From an uncultured virus (IMG/VR IMGVR_UViG_3300037418_000344) (Duplodnaviria > Heunggongvirae > Uroviricota > Caudoviricetes), in the IMG/VR virus record IMGVR_UViG_3300037418_000344: 64,000 nt of DNA, one strand, 5' to 3'. Below, piece after piece: positions 49,187-60,000 of the stretch (position 1 is the first letter of the stretch; each line of letters starts with the position of its first letter). The notes beneath the pieces are model-generated. The model did no database searches and was not told where the DNA came from. It saw nothing but the letters and a program-made list of their open reading frames with translations. The position numbers and the translations under genes are program-made.

Positions 49187-49999
49187 TTAAATTTCTTCCA
49201 CGTCAATCTTAGCAGCCATAAAATTGAAGTACGGCGTCAACATCGCGGCGTTAGTAGACAGCCTCCCGTACAACATATGGGCCTGCTCTTTCTTGGCCTC
49301 AGTATTGTCCGGGAAAAGACTCAGGAACACTGGCTTCACCATTCCATTGTTGTACAAGATAGACCACAAAGCTGCCCTGTCATTGGCATCCAACGAGGGC
49401 ATAGAAATAGACTGCTTACGGAATCTAGGCTTGACTGTAACTCGCATATCACCACTATATGTGCGGGACTGCTCACTCATGTCATTCATCGTCATCGATG
49501 TGTTACCTTGCTCCGCTCCAACAACAGACTCCCAATAGTTTCCAACGATGAGTCGGCCTGCCTCTACATACCCTTGTGTGTTGCCTGCGTCAGAGATAGT
49601 GATAACTAGCTTTTGCACTGTTACGCGCTGAGCAAACCAGCAACGGGCATAAATACCACCACCATAAGCAAAATAATTTACACCCCTATTCGTTGCTACA
49701 CCTCCGCTTGACGCTGTTACAGACGTAGAGTACACTGGTGTTGTGTCTCCACTGTTAGTATAAGCATTCACCGTGATAGTGGCATTGTCTGTGCAGTTAG
49801 TGAATGCAAACATAACACCACCAATTGTTTCTGCTGTAGTCCATGTCGCGGTAACGGTGAGGGATGTTGTGGTAGACCTGCACACATCAGACTTCAAATC
49901 TGTGGTAAGCTTAGTTACATCCAACCCTGTAGCTGTTGCTGTGGAAGAAAGGGTTGCCCTATCTGCCGCATTGTCATAGATAACTCTAACGTTTGCCAT
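49187..49999 (-). CDS. virion tail-associated protein
   Basis: Thr-rich beta protein with YVEAGRLIVG motif; tail module context. Confidence 0.6.
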   Translation of the reverse strand: MANVRVIYDNAADRATLSSTATATGLDVTKLTTDLKSDVCRSTTTSLTVTATWTTAETIGGVMFAFTNCTDNATITVNAYTNSGDTTPVYSTSVTASSGGVATNRGVNYFAYGGGIYARCWFAQRVTVQKLVITISDAGNTQGYVEAGRLIVGNYWESVVGAEQGNTSMTMNDMSEQSRTYSGDMRVTVKPRFRKQSISMPSLDANDRAALWSILYNNGMVKPVFLSLFPDNTEAKKEQAHMLYGRLSTNAAMLTPYFNFMAAKIDVEEI

Positions 50000-50038
50000 G
50001 ATACCCTTTCAAAAATGAGCTAATAAAATCCTTAGAAG

Positions 50039-50067
50039 ATTGTATCACGGCAAACACTTCTTGTCAA
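50039..50067 (-). promoter_or_regulatory. sigma70-type promoter inside the late arm
   Basis: TTGACA-17-TACAAT in an intergenic gap. Confidence 0.7.
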
Positions 50068-50073
50068 AACAGC

Positions 50074-50586
50074 TTACATCGTTTCGATAACAGTTTTATC
50101 CGTGTTGACAATGAAAGTGCGATAAGACTCCCAAGTATCATCAGGGATAAGATTAGCCTTCACAAGATTCGCTTTGTAAAGCTTAGACAGCGTGAGTGCA
50201 TCTTGGATTACAAGAGGGAAATCAGGATGACTCGCAAGAGCCGCATCATTCCAAGCTTTCGCTGCATCATCTTCTGAGCAAGCGGGATTTGCTTTAATGA
50301 AGTCTATTGCCGCACTCTTAGCAGCAAATCTCTCCGATTCCACCAACTGTGTGATGACAGATTTAGGACCATAGTCTGCTGTGATCCCCGGTCCAGCCCC
50401 AGCTTCCAATGCAATCAATTCATCTTGAGCAGATGCCAAAGAGATTTGAGCATCACTGTTGACACTGTTTAATCGCTGCACCAAAGATGCGGTAGCATTC
50501 ATAGAGCCTTGCAGCCCAGCGATTTTCTGCCTAAGCTCTTGGCGGCGCGCTTCATTCGCCAACGCTGTTTGTACATCAGTAACCAT
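50074..50586 (-). CDS. hypothetical protein downstream of the tail fibre (chaperone candidate)
   Basis: AAGGA RBS; N-terminal coiled coil. Confidence 0.65.
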   Translation of the reverse strand: MVTDVQTALANEARRQELRQKIAGLQGSMNATASLVQRLNSVNSDAQISLASAQDELIALEAGAGPGITADYGPKSVITQLVESERFAAKSAAIDFIKANPACSEDDAAKAWNDAALASHPDFPLVIQDALTLSKLYKANLVKANLIPDDTWESYRTFIVNTDKTVIETM

Positions 50587-50596
50587 AATAATTCCT

Positions 50597-53500
50597 TTAG
50601 AAAGATGCTTTAGTGTTGTGGCAAAGCAGTCCACCGGCAAAATACGTACCCGCGCCTTCAACACGGAAGCTCACCACTTGACCTTCTCCAACAGCTAGTA
50701 CAGACTCAACAATGCTTTCTTGCAAGCCCATGATTTGATCTCCAGCACGAAGATTTTGCACTGTTACCCAGCCACGATCAACCACAGCAAAACGATGGTT
50801 TTCACTCCATTCCGTCGCAGCACCGTTAGTAAGCTTGACACGATAACGCTGTGCCCAAATTGTCGTCAAGTCTCTGACAGTTCCTCCTTGCGGAAGTGGT
50901 TGCATATTGTTGTCGTTAACAGCAGCAAGCTTAGCACCGTTGTGAAGATCGCTGGCATTCACTTCTTTACCGCTCAGCAGTTTTACTTTAACCCAAGGAG
51001 CAGGGCAGGCACCCCCGGATGCGCCAGAGCCACCACCAGAGGAACCTGCTACGCCTGTGATGGTAGTGTGGCCAAGGGAGGTTCCAGCAGACACCCCCCT
51101 GTCAAAATCTTGAGTAGCTGACCAACCATATGTGTTCGCAATCCGAACGCGAAGATACCCGTTATAGACACGCGGGTTTGTGGAAGTAATCAGAGCAGCA
51201 TTTGGATTTACACCTCCGGCATACTTCCATCCCCAGTGCCAGCTACCTTTTACAATGCCTGATGCGGCGTCATATGTCCTAGATGGGCACGGTTGATAAA
51301 ATTCTGTGAAAGGTGCAGTATCGGTCAGTGAGGTAAAGAATTGAACATGAATCTGCTGAACTGCGTCAAGATTGTCGGTGTTTGTGGAGTATGTGGTAGG
51401 CGTCAGTGTATAAGTGTGATACGCCAACTGGAAAAATTCACTCGCACTGTAATCGGAGATTGGCACCGACAAAGTAGGAACTACTGTCAAACATGCAATA
51501 TTCGGTGCACCCCCTCTAGTCGTCGCATCATTGTTACCACGCCAGATAATCCTATTCGATGTGACACTGCCATCAATACCCTGCACAAGACGGAACCAAT
51601 AGTCATTAAGGACAAGCGTGCCGATCTGGAAAGAATTCTTCTCCACCTTTAAAGCTGTTCCAGTGGACGCCAACTTAGCACCCGCAGTAGGATTACCCGA
51701 GCCATCTTCCGCGTAGTTGGTTGTGCGCAGGTCCGATATATGAACGGAATTGATGGCTCCTGTGCCGATCAATGTTGACGAGTTACTGCTCGTTATCTGA
51801 CCACCGACGTTCTGACCCAGCACAGGCCCGCCGAAATAAGCTTCCAACGACGGCTCGGAACCATCAACAAGGTTGACCATCGGCCGACCGAACACCTGCT
51901 GCGCCCCGTTGGAGGCATAGTACTGGTAGGCCCGGTGGGTGTGAGAAGTGATCCCAACCTTGAAGTTGTAGTTGGTCCCGGAAGCTACTTTCTGACGGGT
52001 CATGCAGTCCCAGACACCAGCATTATCGTTCGTGTTGCCAGTGGAGCCCGCAGGGTAGATATACCCGACGAACAGATACCACCGGTCCGTCGTGGAAATA
52101 GACATGTTGGCGAAATACGGGTTACTCACAGCCGTCGTCGTATTCAAGGTGCAAGTCGTACCCTCGTTGATGCCCCAATAGGCCGTGGCCGAGCCGGACA
52201 GCTTGCGAATCGGGATCACAAAGCGATAGGTCTTGGTCGGGTCAAGCACCAAGGGCGCTAAGTTCCATCCCCCACCACTGCCGCCATTGTTAGCAGTTTC
52301 TGTTGCCAGCCACACAGCCTCGTTAACCCCCTTCGGACCGAGGACACCAATATCCCCCATAGCGTCCACAATTGCGTTGGTTTCGTCGTTCAGGGTCCAT
52401 GGAATGGTCGCTCCTTTGGCCCACCACGACAGGTCGGTCAGGTTGTTCTTGATCTGGTCGTCAGCGGGTCGATTTCCGATGTTGGCCCAGTTGTTGGAGG
52501 ACAGCGGTCCGAAACGTATATTCTTCAGGGTGGCATTCGACGAGTTGAGGGAGCTGTCGAAGAACAGAGTCTGGTTCGGGACCGAGGCGTTGGCGGAAGT
52601 GGACGTGTAGACCACAACCCCATTTTTCAGGTATTTGACCGAAGACCCGTCATACACAACTGCGAACACGTCGCCAGCGGCATAGGCTCCCAAGCTAGGA
52701 GCTTTGTTCACTCCGCTCTCGTAGACGGCAAGGGTGCCAGCAGCCAGGTATATCGCGTAGTCGATGCTGGCGTAGCTGCTGTCAGATGTGGGGTCGCTGT
52801 TCAAGCCGAACATCAGGCTGGTGCTGGCCTCCCCCGCCACAGCAGAAGCATATGCGCCACCAGTGAAGCTGTCGACCGAGTACACGTCGGCGTTACTCCA
52901 ACCATCGGCAACATTCTTGGCAGCGCTGTTACCTGTCACCGTAACCCCCCGACCAATCAGCACGAGGTCGGACGAAGCGTTGTCCGCAGGTCTCCCTGTG
53001 CCGGACACACCAATCCAAGTTGAAGTTGTCGATGCAATCGAAATATCCGCTGAAGTGTCTTCTGGAGCAGGCGTCCACGCCGTACCTTTATTACCCTCTT
53101 CAATTTGAATGGCATCTACGGCCATCCAAGCATACGTTGTGCAATGAAAACCGAACCTAGGCTCTATGGTTGTTACACCAGAAGGACAAGTCCAAACCAA
53201 AGAGGCTTTTGTCCAACTGTCTTGATTCCCAAATACAACACCGAAGTCCGCACCACCTATATGGGTTCCGTTTGACAATCTCCAAAAGGTACTTGTATTT
53301 GTAATCCCGCCCGCAGATTTGTAATAGAAACTAAGTGTGTATGCTTTTCCCGGTGTAACTTGAGCTAGCGGGCCACCCAAGTAAAGATATGCATCCACTT
53401 CAGCACCCCCTGTAGGGTCGCTATCAAAAAACAAAAACTTACTTCCTACGTAGGGTGATGTAGCTCCTGTATCGATTACTCCGCCTGTTTGAGTGGCGCT

Positions 53501-55597
53501 GCTAACACTTCCAGATGTTTCCGAGCAAGGGTGTTGTCCACGCTCAAATCCAGAGTCTTGTAGCAAGTTCCTTCCGCCCACAACAATATCGGCATTAAGT
53601 GTACCGGGTGCAGCGTTAGCAGGATTCAACTGTGTGCCTGCTGCCAACAATATCGATCCATCCGGATTATATATAGTGGCAGATTTCATAGTGACACCAC
53701 CCGAAGCATCCACTACAAAATTACCATTTGCAGAACTAATTGTCCCACTTACAGTCAAGTTGCCCGTATTTTCTGAAACAGAGTTAAGGCTTCCTACTTT
53801 CAATGAAGACCAATATGGAATCGACCACGTCACTTTGTTCGTAATGGGGTCATAAATACCGTCAGATTGATACAGGTATTGCCCAGAAGTTAGCGATGGT
53901 ACTGTGCTGCTCCACGTCCCAGTAATACCTCCATCGTTCGTAGCAGGTAAACTTGTATTGCCAGTTGTCTGTGCAGGAGTTGTGGTAGTTGTGGCTGTAG
54001 CAGACGCACAGTAAGCTGTAACGTACGATGCGCCCTGTTGCCCTGTATTGCCATTGCTACCGGCATATCCTACAGATGAAACAGATGCAGATGTCCAATT
54101 GAAACTTGTTTGTGTTGCTGTAGCTGAGTCTACGAGATAGACCTTTGCCTCCCAAAGAGTCATCCCCGGAGTAGGAGACACCCCCGCCGAGGAAGACCAA
54201 CCAGAAGGGAAAGAACTTACTGCCCTGTTGCTCCATGTATAAGTTGCTGTACCAGAAGGGCTTGCTGGGATGCTTGCTGCCCATTGATAGACTGCTGTAG
54301 ATGCACTCTGTACACCGCTATCGCCTTGAGGGCCAGTTGCACCGTTCTTTGTCCACGCTTGAACAGTGGCGCTTGAATAGCTCACAGAGCTTGATGTCGT
54401 TCCAGATGCAGCCACAATCTGTGCAATAGCCACAAACAGGCTAAGATTGGCAGTACCCGGATTCGTAGGCACAGTGGTGCTCCATCCATCACCTGTCACG
54501 TATCCCGTGTTAGCACCAGTTGACCAGTTATAATTGGATGTGCCTGTTGGGTTCGCGGGAACAGTTGCCGCCCATTGGTACAAATAAGCCGTTGCATACT
54601 GATTAGCTGGCGTGCCTGCTGTACCCGTCTTAGACTTAGCAAGAGTCACTGTGAGCGGAATCGTAACTCCGTTATAAACTGCTTGCAGAACAGCGCTCGC
54701 TGTATCTGCTGCCATTACTGTGATGCTGTAGACACCAGAGGTATTAATAGTGATCGTACAATTGTTTTGTGAGGCGACAGAGTAAGTTACGCTTGCACCA
54801 GTCTTATCCGTAATACCATCATACACTTTGAACGTACCTGTAGCAGATGCGTAGCTTCCTACCGTACCATCAGTTGCTGCGGCAAGTGTGATGGATTGAT
54901 TGGTCAAGAATCCGCTCACGGAGTTTGTACCGCCTGTCACTTGCACAATCGTCATTTCATCTACATAGACGCTGCCATCAATCGTCGCCTGCACACGATA
55001 ATTACGCGACGATGTAAAGTCACCAGATGCAACCTCATATGTTGCAGATGTTGCCCCGCTAATATTTGTCCAAGCAGAACCATCCCAGTATTGCCACTGG
55101 AATGATGTCGCGTTATTACCGTACGGTGTTGCATTCAGCACAATAGATGTGGGAGTGAATGCAGATGTTGCAGTTGGGCGGCTAAACACTTGTCCACCAA
55201 ACGTGGAGATTTCAACCCAAGCAGCAGACGAGCCAGCTTGGCCCGCAGAGCCGTCTACAACTTTAGTAAGAGTTGTGCTAGCATTGTACGTAGAACCATT
55301 TCGTGTTACACTTGCAGTAATAACAGCGCTGCTCCCCGACATGCCGTTGTACGCTATAGTGGCAGTGTTATCTCCATTATCTGTAATAGTTGCACCAGCG
55401 GCGGTGAACGAAGCTGTACCAATAATGTTGAGGAGGTGGGCGGTAACAGTAATGTAGGAGGGAGTGGTTGTCCCAGTTGCACTTACGTGGAATGTAGGAG
55501 AATCACTCGTAATTAGAATTGTTGCATCTTGAGAATTTACGTCTCGTTGAGTTATCCCCAACAAAAGTACATCCCTATCATTCATTACTGTTGCCAT
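50597..55597 (-). CDS. tail fibre / host-specificity protein with C-terminal Hint domain
   Basis: 1666 aa, Ser/Thr/Gly-rich; YQWAA..P..P.GT..Y.W repeats, collagen-like linkers, GGRNLL.DSGFE carbohydrate-binding-like module. Confidence 0.85.
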   Translation of the reverse strand: MATVMNDRDVLLLGITQRDVNSQDATILITSDSPTFHVSATGTTTPSYITVTAHLLNIIGTASFTAAGATITDNGDNTATIAYNGMSGSSAVITASVTRNGSTYNASTTLTKVVDGSAGQAGSSAAWVEISTFGGQVFSRPTATSAFTPTSIVLNATPYGNNATSFQWQYWDGSAWTNISGATSATYEVASGDFTSSRNYRVQATIDGSVYVDEMTIVQVTGGTNSVSGFLTNQSITLAAATDGTVGSYASATGTFKVYDGITDKTGASVTYSVASQNNCTITINTSGVYSITVMAADTASAVLQAVYNGVTIPLTVTLAKSKTGTAGTPANQYATAYLYQWAATVPANPTGTSNYNWSTGANTGYVTGDGWSTTVPTNPGTANLSLFVAIAQIVAASGTTSSSVSYSSATVQAWTKNGATGPQGDSGVQSASTAVYQWAASIPASPSGTATYTWSNRAVSSFPSGWSSSAGVSPTPGMTLWEAKVYLVDSATATQTSFNWTSASVSSVGYAGSNGNTGQQGASYVTAYCASATATTTTTPAQTTGNTSLPATNDGGITGTWSSTVPSLTSGQYLYQSDGIYDPITNKVTWSIPYWSSLKVGSLNSVSENTGNLTVSGTISSANGNFVVDASGGVTMKSATIYNPDGSILLAAGTQLNPANAAPGTLNADIVVGGRNLLQDSGFERGQHPCSETSGSVSSATQTGGVIDTGATSPYVGSKFLFFDSDPTGGAEVDAYLYLGGPLAQVTPGKAYTLSFYYKSAGGITNTSTFWRLSNGTHIGGADFGVVFGNQDSWTKASLVWTCPSGVTTIEPRFGFHCTTYAWMAVDAIQIEEGNKGTAWTPAPEDTSADISIASTTSTWIGVSGTGRPADNASSDLVLIGRGVTVTGNSAAKNVADGWSNADVYSVDSFTGGAYASAVAGEASTSLMFGLNSDPTSDSSYASIDYAIYLAAGTLAVYESGVNKAPSLGAYAAGDVFAVVYDGSSVKYLKNGVVVYTSTSANASVPNQTLFFDSSLNSSNATLKNIRFGPLSSNNWANIGNRPADDQIKNNLTDLSWWAKGATIPWTLNDETNAIVDAMGDIGVLGPKGVNEAVWLATETANNGGSGGGWNLAPLVLDPTKTYRFVIPIRKLSGSATAYWGINEGTTCTLNTTTAVSNPYFANMSISTTDRWYLFVGYIYPAGSTGNTNDNAGVWDCMTRQKVASGTNYNFKVGITSHTHRAYQYYASNGAQQVFGRPMVNLVDGSEPSLEAYFGGPVLGQNVGGQITSSNSSTLIGTGAINSVHISDLRTTNYAEDGSGNPTAGAKLASTGTALKVEKNSFQIGTLVLNDYWFRLVQGIDGSVTSNRIIWRGNNDATTRGGAPNIACLTVVPTLSVPISDYSASEFFQLAYHTYTLTPTTYSTNTDNLDAVQQIHVQFFTSLTDTAPFTEFYQPCPSRTYDAASGIVKGSWHWGWKYAGGVNPNAALITSTNPRVYNGYLRVRIANTYGWSATQDFDRGVSAGTSLGHTTITGVAGSSGGGSGASGGACPAPWVKVKLLSGKEVNASDLHNGAKLAAVNDNNMQPLPQGGTVRDLTTIWAQRYRVKLTNGAATEWSENHRFAVVDRGWVTVQNLRAGDQIMGLQESIVESVLAVGEGQVVSFRVEGAGTYFAGGLLCHNTKASF
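50615..51007 (-). other. Hint (intein-like) domain, 131 aa
   Basis: Starts C-PAPW; block B SENH; W...NL..GD.I; V.SF.VEG..TYFAGGLLCHN followed by T. Confidence 0.8.
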
Positions 55598-55606
55598 TGT
55601 TTTCCT

Positions 55607-57085
55607 TTAAATTAAAACTTCCACCATGATAGTGCCATTGAACCAATTGGGACTTAGAGACACCACCACGCCATTTTTGCCGTTTGACAGGCCATACCGA
55701 GGATGCACCAAAGTGACTGCACAGCCTAATGTCAAAGAGTTGATTAAATCGGACGTTCCTGTAAACTGAAACACGTTCCGAGGAGTGCTCCACAAAGTTA
55801 CACGTCTATCAGCTTCCGCCGCTGCATCTACCCTACGCAAGAGCATGGTGTCAACTTGCGGCGGTGCTGCGTTAAGCTTGTAGTCAGCTTTGGCCGTTGC
55901 ATTTGTCGATGTTGTTGTTAGCCATTCTTGTGCGAAAAGCTTCTTATGCTCATCTGGAATGCTCGTAAGTAGATTATCCTGCACAGTGTAGTTTTTGTCA
56001 AATCCTAGCTTAATCGATGCTTGTACAAGAGGTCTGCTGCTGATTTTAAGGCTACCCACAATAATCTGAGTCGTATCAATTCTTACAGGAGTGCCTGTCC
56101 CGTTGATATTCACTTGAATAAGGCGAAGCAAGCCAGAACGTGATGTAACCAAACGAGCATCGACACTTTTAGCTAATTCTTGGCAAGTGGTCAGCACATT
56201 ATCTCCACTCTCCAAGAACACCCCCACAGGTTGCGGGCACGCTGTATCGAACGCTGAAAAGTTTGTAAGATCAATGTCGGAGTCAGTGTAACGGGAGGTA
56301 GCTGTACCAAAGTTGGTTGCCATCCGTCGGATAACACCAGCGATAGTGTTTACGTAGGTTGTGTTCTTATCCCCTTGAACAGATGCGGTAATTACCCCGG
56401 CAGACGAGTGGGACAAAGTGAACGTACCGTCAGATAAGCTCTTAGTAATTGCGATAGGAATGCCATTGTCCCGCACTTCGATAATATCTTCGATTGGACC
56501 ATTATGCACTTGATACTTAAGCTGAGTGGCGTCTAACAGTTCTGGTGTAACGTTGTGAACCTCACCAAAAGCCAACTTAAACAGGTTATCTTTATTTGTT
56601 GGATTGGTTGTATTGACATCTCCAATCTTTTGCTCTGTAGCTGGAGTGTTCAACCGTTGAAGCTTGTCGAGAATCGTAAGTGTAAGGGTCTTCTCGTCCT
56701 TGCTGTCGATAGTGGCAACAATGCCATTGAAGATCATCTGAAAGTCCGAACGCTGCCAACTAGGATCGCCAATCCAAGCAACAATAGAACGATTATCCCA
56801 CACATCATTAAGCCAACTATCTCGCTCGCCGTTATTGTTAGCAATCTCAAGATCACCACCAGACAATCCGCCTGTCCCTTCAACATCCAGTTTTTCTGTG
56901 TATTGCAAACCGGATGTCAGTACAGGAAGATATTGCTGGTTAGCAGGGGTGTCTGTGGGGGCCGTAACATAAGCCCCCGTTGAAAGGTAGCGAGTTGTTT
57001 CCACCCCGCCACTCTTAACATTCACCTCAACCAACACAATACGAGGAGCGGCAGGATTTTTAAGCCATGCCGCAAAATCAATCAT
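55607..57085 (-). CDS. tail tip / hub protein
   Basis: 492 aa directly after the tape measure; LAFGEVHNVTP motif. Confidence 0.7.
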   Translation of the reverse strand: MIDFAAWLKNPAAPRIVLVEVNVKSGGVETTRYLSTGAYVTAPTDTPANQQYLPVLTSGLQYTEKLDVEGTGGLSGGDLEIANNNGERDSWLNDVWDNRSIVAWIGDPSWQRSDFQMIFNGIVATIDSKDEKTLTLTILDKLQRLNTPATEQKIGDVNTTNPTNKDNLFKLAFGEVHNVTPELLDATQLKYQVHNGPIEDIIEVRDNGIPIAITKSLSDGTFTLSHSSAGVITASVQGDKNTTYVNTIAGVIRRMATNFGTATSRYTDSDIDLTNFSAFDTACPQPVGVFLESGDNVLTTCQELAKSVDARLVTSRSGLLRLIQVNINGTGTPVRIDTTQIIVGSLKISSRPLVQASIKLGFDKNYTVQDNLLTSIPDEHKKLFAQEWLTTTSTNATAKADYKLNAAPPQVDTMLLRRVDAAAEADRRVTLWSTPRNVFQFTGTSDLINSLTLGCAVTLVHPRYGLSNGKNGVVVSLSPNWFNGTIMVEVLI

Positions 57086-57086
57086 A

Positions 57087-60000
57087 TTACCTCTCTACAA
57101 TTTTATAAGATGTTCCAACTTTAGTTGATGTAATTGCAGTTGTAGTTCCACTCACAATCTTGTTAGCAGCATTGTCTTGAGAATCATACACAGCCCCCAC
57201 AAGCGTGTTGGTTGTAGCTTGATTAGACTCTGCGACAGTGGCTTTCAAGTCGTTAATAGCTGCAACAACATCTGCATGCACAACGGATTGCGTACCTGTT
57301 GAAACGGTTGCTGTCACAGGAGTTATTGCCTGAGTGCTACCAGTGCTTCCAATCGGCTTAATTTCACCCTTAGCTTCAGGGCTATTAGCAATGGCATTTG
57401 CAATATCTGTCAGCGAAACGCCTTGGCTAATTTTATCCAGCCAGAATTGCATACCTGCTGCGTCAGAAGCACGATGAAGGATGTCGTTGTACAACTTCTC
57501 AATTGCAGACTGTGCATTGCTTGCCGCTTGATTCGCCACTTGATCACCTTTCGGAGTACCCTTGAGTGCAGTGATGAGATTGGCGATAGCTTGAGAAACA
57601 GTGAGCAGGCTATCATTAACATCAATCAAACCTTCTACTTGCTTGTTCAAAGCATCTAACGTTGCTTGAGCGACATTCACTTGCTTCTGAGCCCATTCAG
57701 TTGCTTGCTGTGTCACCTTCTGTGCGTACACAAAGTCTTTTTGATATTGTGCACCAGAGGCATTAGCCACTTTAGAAGCTTCAAGGAATGCTGTGTAGGA
57801 CGCTTCAAACTGGTCTTGCGCATCTTTATCACCGTTCTGAGCTTTTTCAGCAACAGTCTCAAATTGAGATTTAGCTTCAAGGTACTTCTGCTGAGGAGTG
57901 AGAGGAGAAAGATCGCCAAGCATGCTAGAAGAGGACAATTGCTTCAACGTGGTGACAAGACTCTTCATCTTGTCTTGCGTCTCTTTAATCGCATCAGACT
58001 CGCGTTTGTAAGCGTCAGTCAGAGCACTGCGAGCATCATTTGCAAGCTTCTCAGTGTCATCGATTGTCTGCGCGAATGCAGGGGCAATGTTCATCAACGT
58101 GGCAAACATTTTCGCACCGGCTTCTGTCGTCAAATCAAGGCTATCCACAACTTGCTTGAATTGCTCTTTAGTTTTGACGTAAGACAACCCAAGGCCATCC
58201 ATAGCAGTAGACACAGACTTGATGATCGGCATAAGCTTTTCTTGATCTGTGTAGATTGCGTTAATGTAGGACTTAACACCTTTTGTCAGATTGTCAACAG
58301 AACCAAATTGTTCGATCAAAGCTTCAGATGTGGAGATTGCATCTACTGCTTTTGGAATTGTTTTGCTGAGCGAATCAAACACATCTTTAACCTGTTGCAA
58401 GTCATTCGCAACACGCACCACAGTTTCCATCAACCCTTCACCAATCTTTTGATACTTCTGAAGGTCGGAGAACGCGAATTGCGCCATTTGATCGCCAAGC
58501 TTGGAGAATACATTCTGAAGAGTCTTTTGAATCTCGTCGCCGGTCATCCCTTTCAAGCTGATATTACCAATGTCAACAACAAAACTTTGCAGCTTCTTGT
58601 CAAACTCGTCGCCACCAATACCAAGACCAACAGCAGCAGTTTTGAGCGTGTCTTCCATGCTCAACACAACCTGAGTGATTTGGTTATTGAACTCAGTGCC
58701 CAAAGTTTGTGTTGATGTGTCGTGACTATCGCTGCGGAACCATCCACCGCTTGTGGTCGTGTTAGTGTACTGTTGACCCGTCAAGCCAGATGTTTCTACT
58801 TGACCAAGTGACGTTTTGCCGATGGTAAGTCCCGTGTCATCAACTGATTTAGAACCACCAAAGACACTACTCAGTGCTTTACCAACAATACCATGTCCAA
58901 CCATCGCCCCAATAAGTGCACCTGCGATTGTACCCAACACAGGAAATGCAAACGACATACCAATTGCTGCGTATGCTGCAAGGGAAGCTCCCCCAAGTGC
59001 TCCACCCACTGCACCCAATCCATTTACTGTTTTGTTGTCAAACGACTTACTATTATTTGCCGTGTAACCAGTGAGACCACTGTTTTGAACAGCCAGAATG
59101 GCAAAGCTGTTGATGCTGTTGTCCAGTTTCCTCAAAGCATCTAGCATATCGTTTTGCACAACAAGGCCAAGGCCGGAATTCTTCTCAGTGATTTTCAGCG
59201 AGTTGGCAATAGAATCAGACTTTTGACCAACCAGCTTGACATCTACACCATCAAGGATTGTTGGGGCGCCTAGCACTGTTCCAGTACCCTGCCGCCTCTG
59301 TTGTTCTTCCGAAGATATCGGACCACCGCCACCACCTGTAACAGCCACACCAAACGCAGCAACTGCTGCTGTCATTGCAGCTACACCGGCAAATCCACCC
59401 CAACCAGATTGAGCGAACATTGTTGCCGCACCTGCTGCCAATTTAGCAGGGATAGATGCAAGAGCCATAGCCGTCTCTGCCAAGTGGAAGGCTTTGGAAA
59501 TGCTTGTGGCAATTTTGTAACCCTGGCTTTGTTTATCGAAGAATCCGGAGGCGGCATCTGCAATGCTTCCATACATTGCAATAGTAGATTGCGCGCTGCT
59601 ATCTTGAAGTGCTGTAATTTGTCTTGTGCGCTCCTCGTCTGTAAGACCGTCCTTTTCCTTGACGATACGAATCTGATTTGCCAAATCGATCTGTTGAGAC
59701 TGGCTTTCTGCGAACACTTTGAACATCTCGCCAGCGGCTTTTCCAGAGTTTCCAAACGCAGCCTTCAGCGATTTTTCAATCTCATTGCCCGCATCTTTCC
59801 ACATCTTAACTTGCTCTGTGGCAATCTTAGTAAGGGCAGAAGAACGGTTGAGTGCGTCGTTGTTTTGTTTGTCATTGGCCTCTTTGGCGACATCGACAGC
59901 CTTAAGCTTCTGACGTGCTGCTATTTCTTTATCGATTTGAGCAACACGCCGCCCATTCATAGCTTGCTCAATCAAGTCATTGCTTTGCAGAGAATCACGC

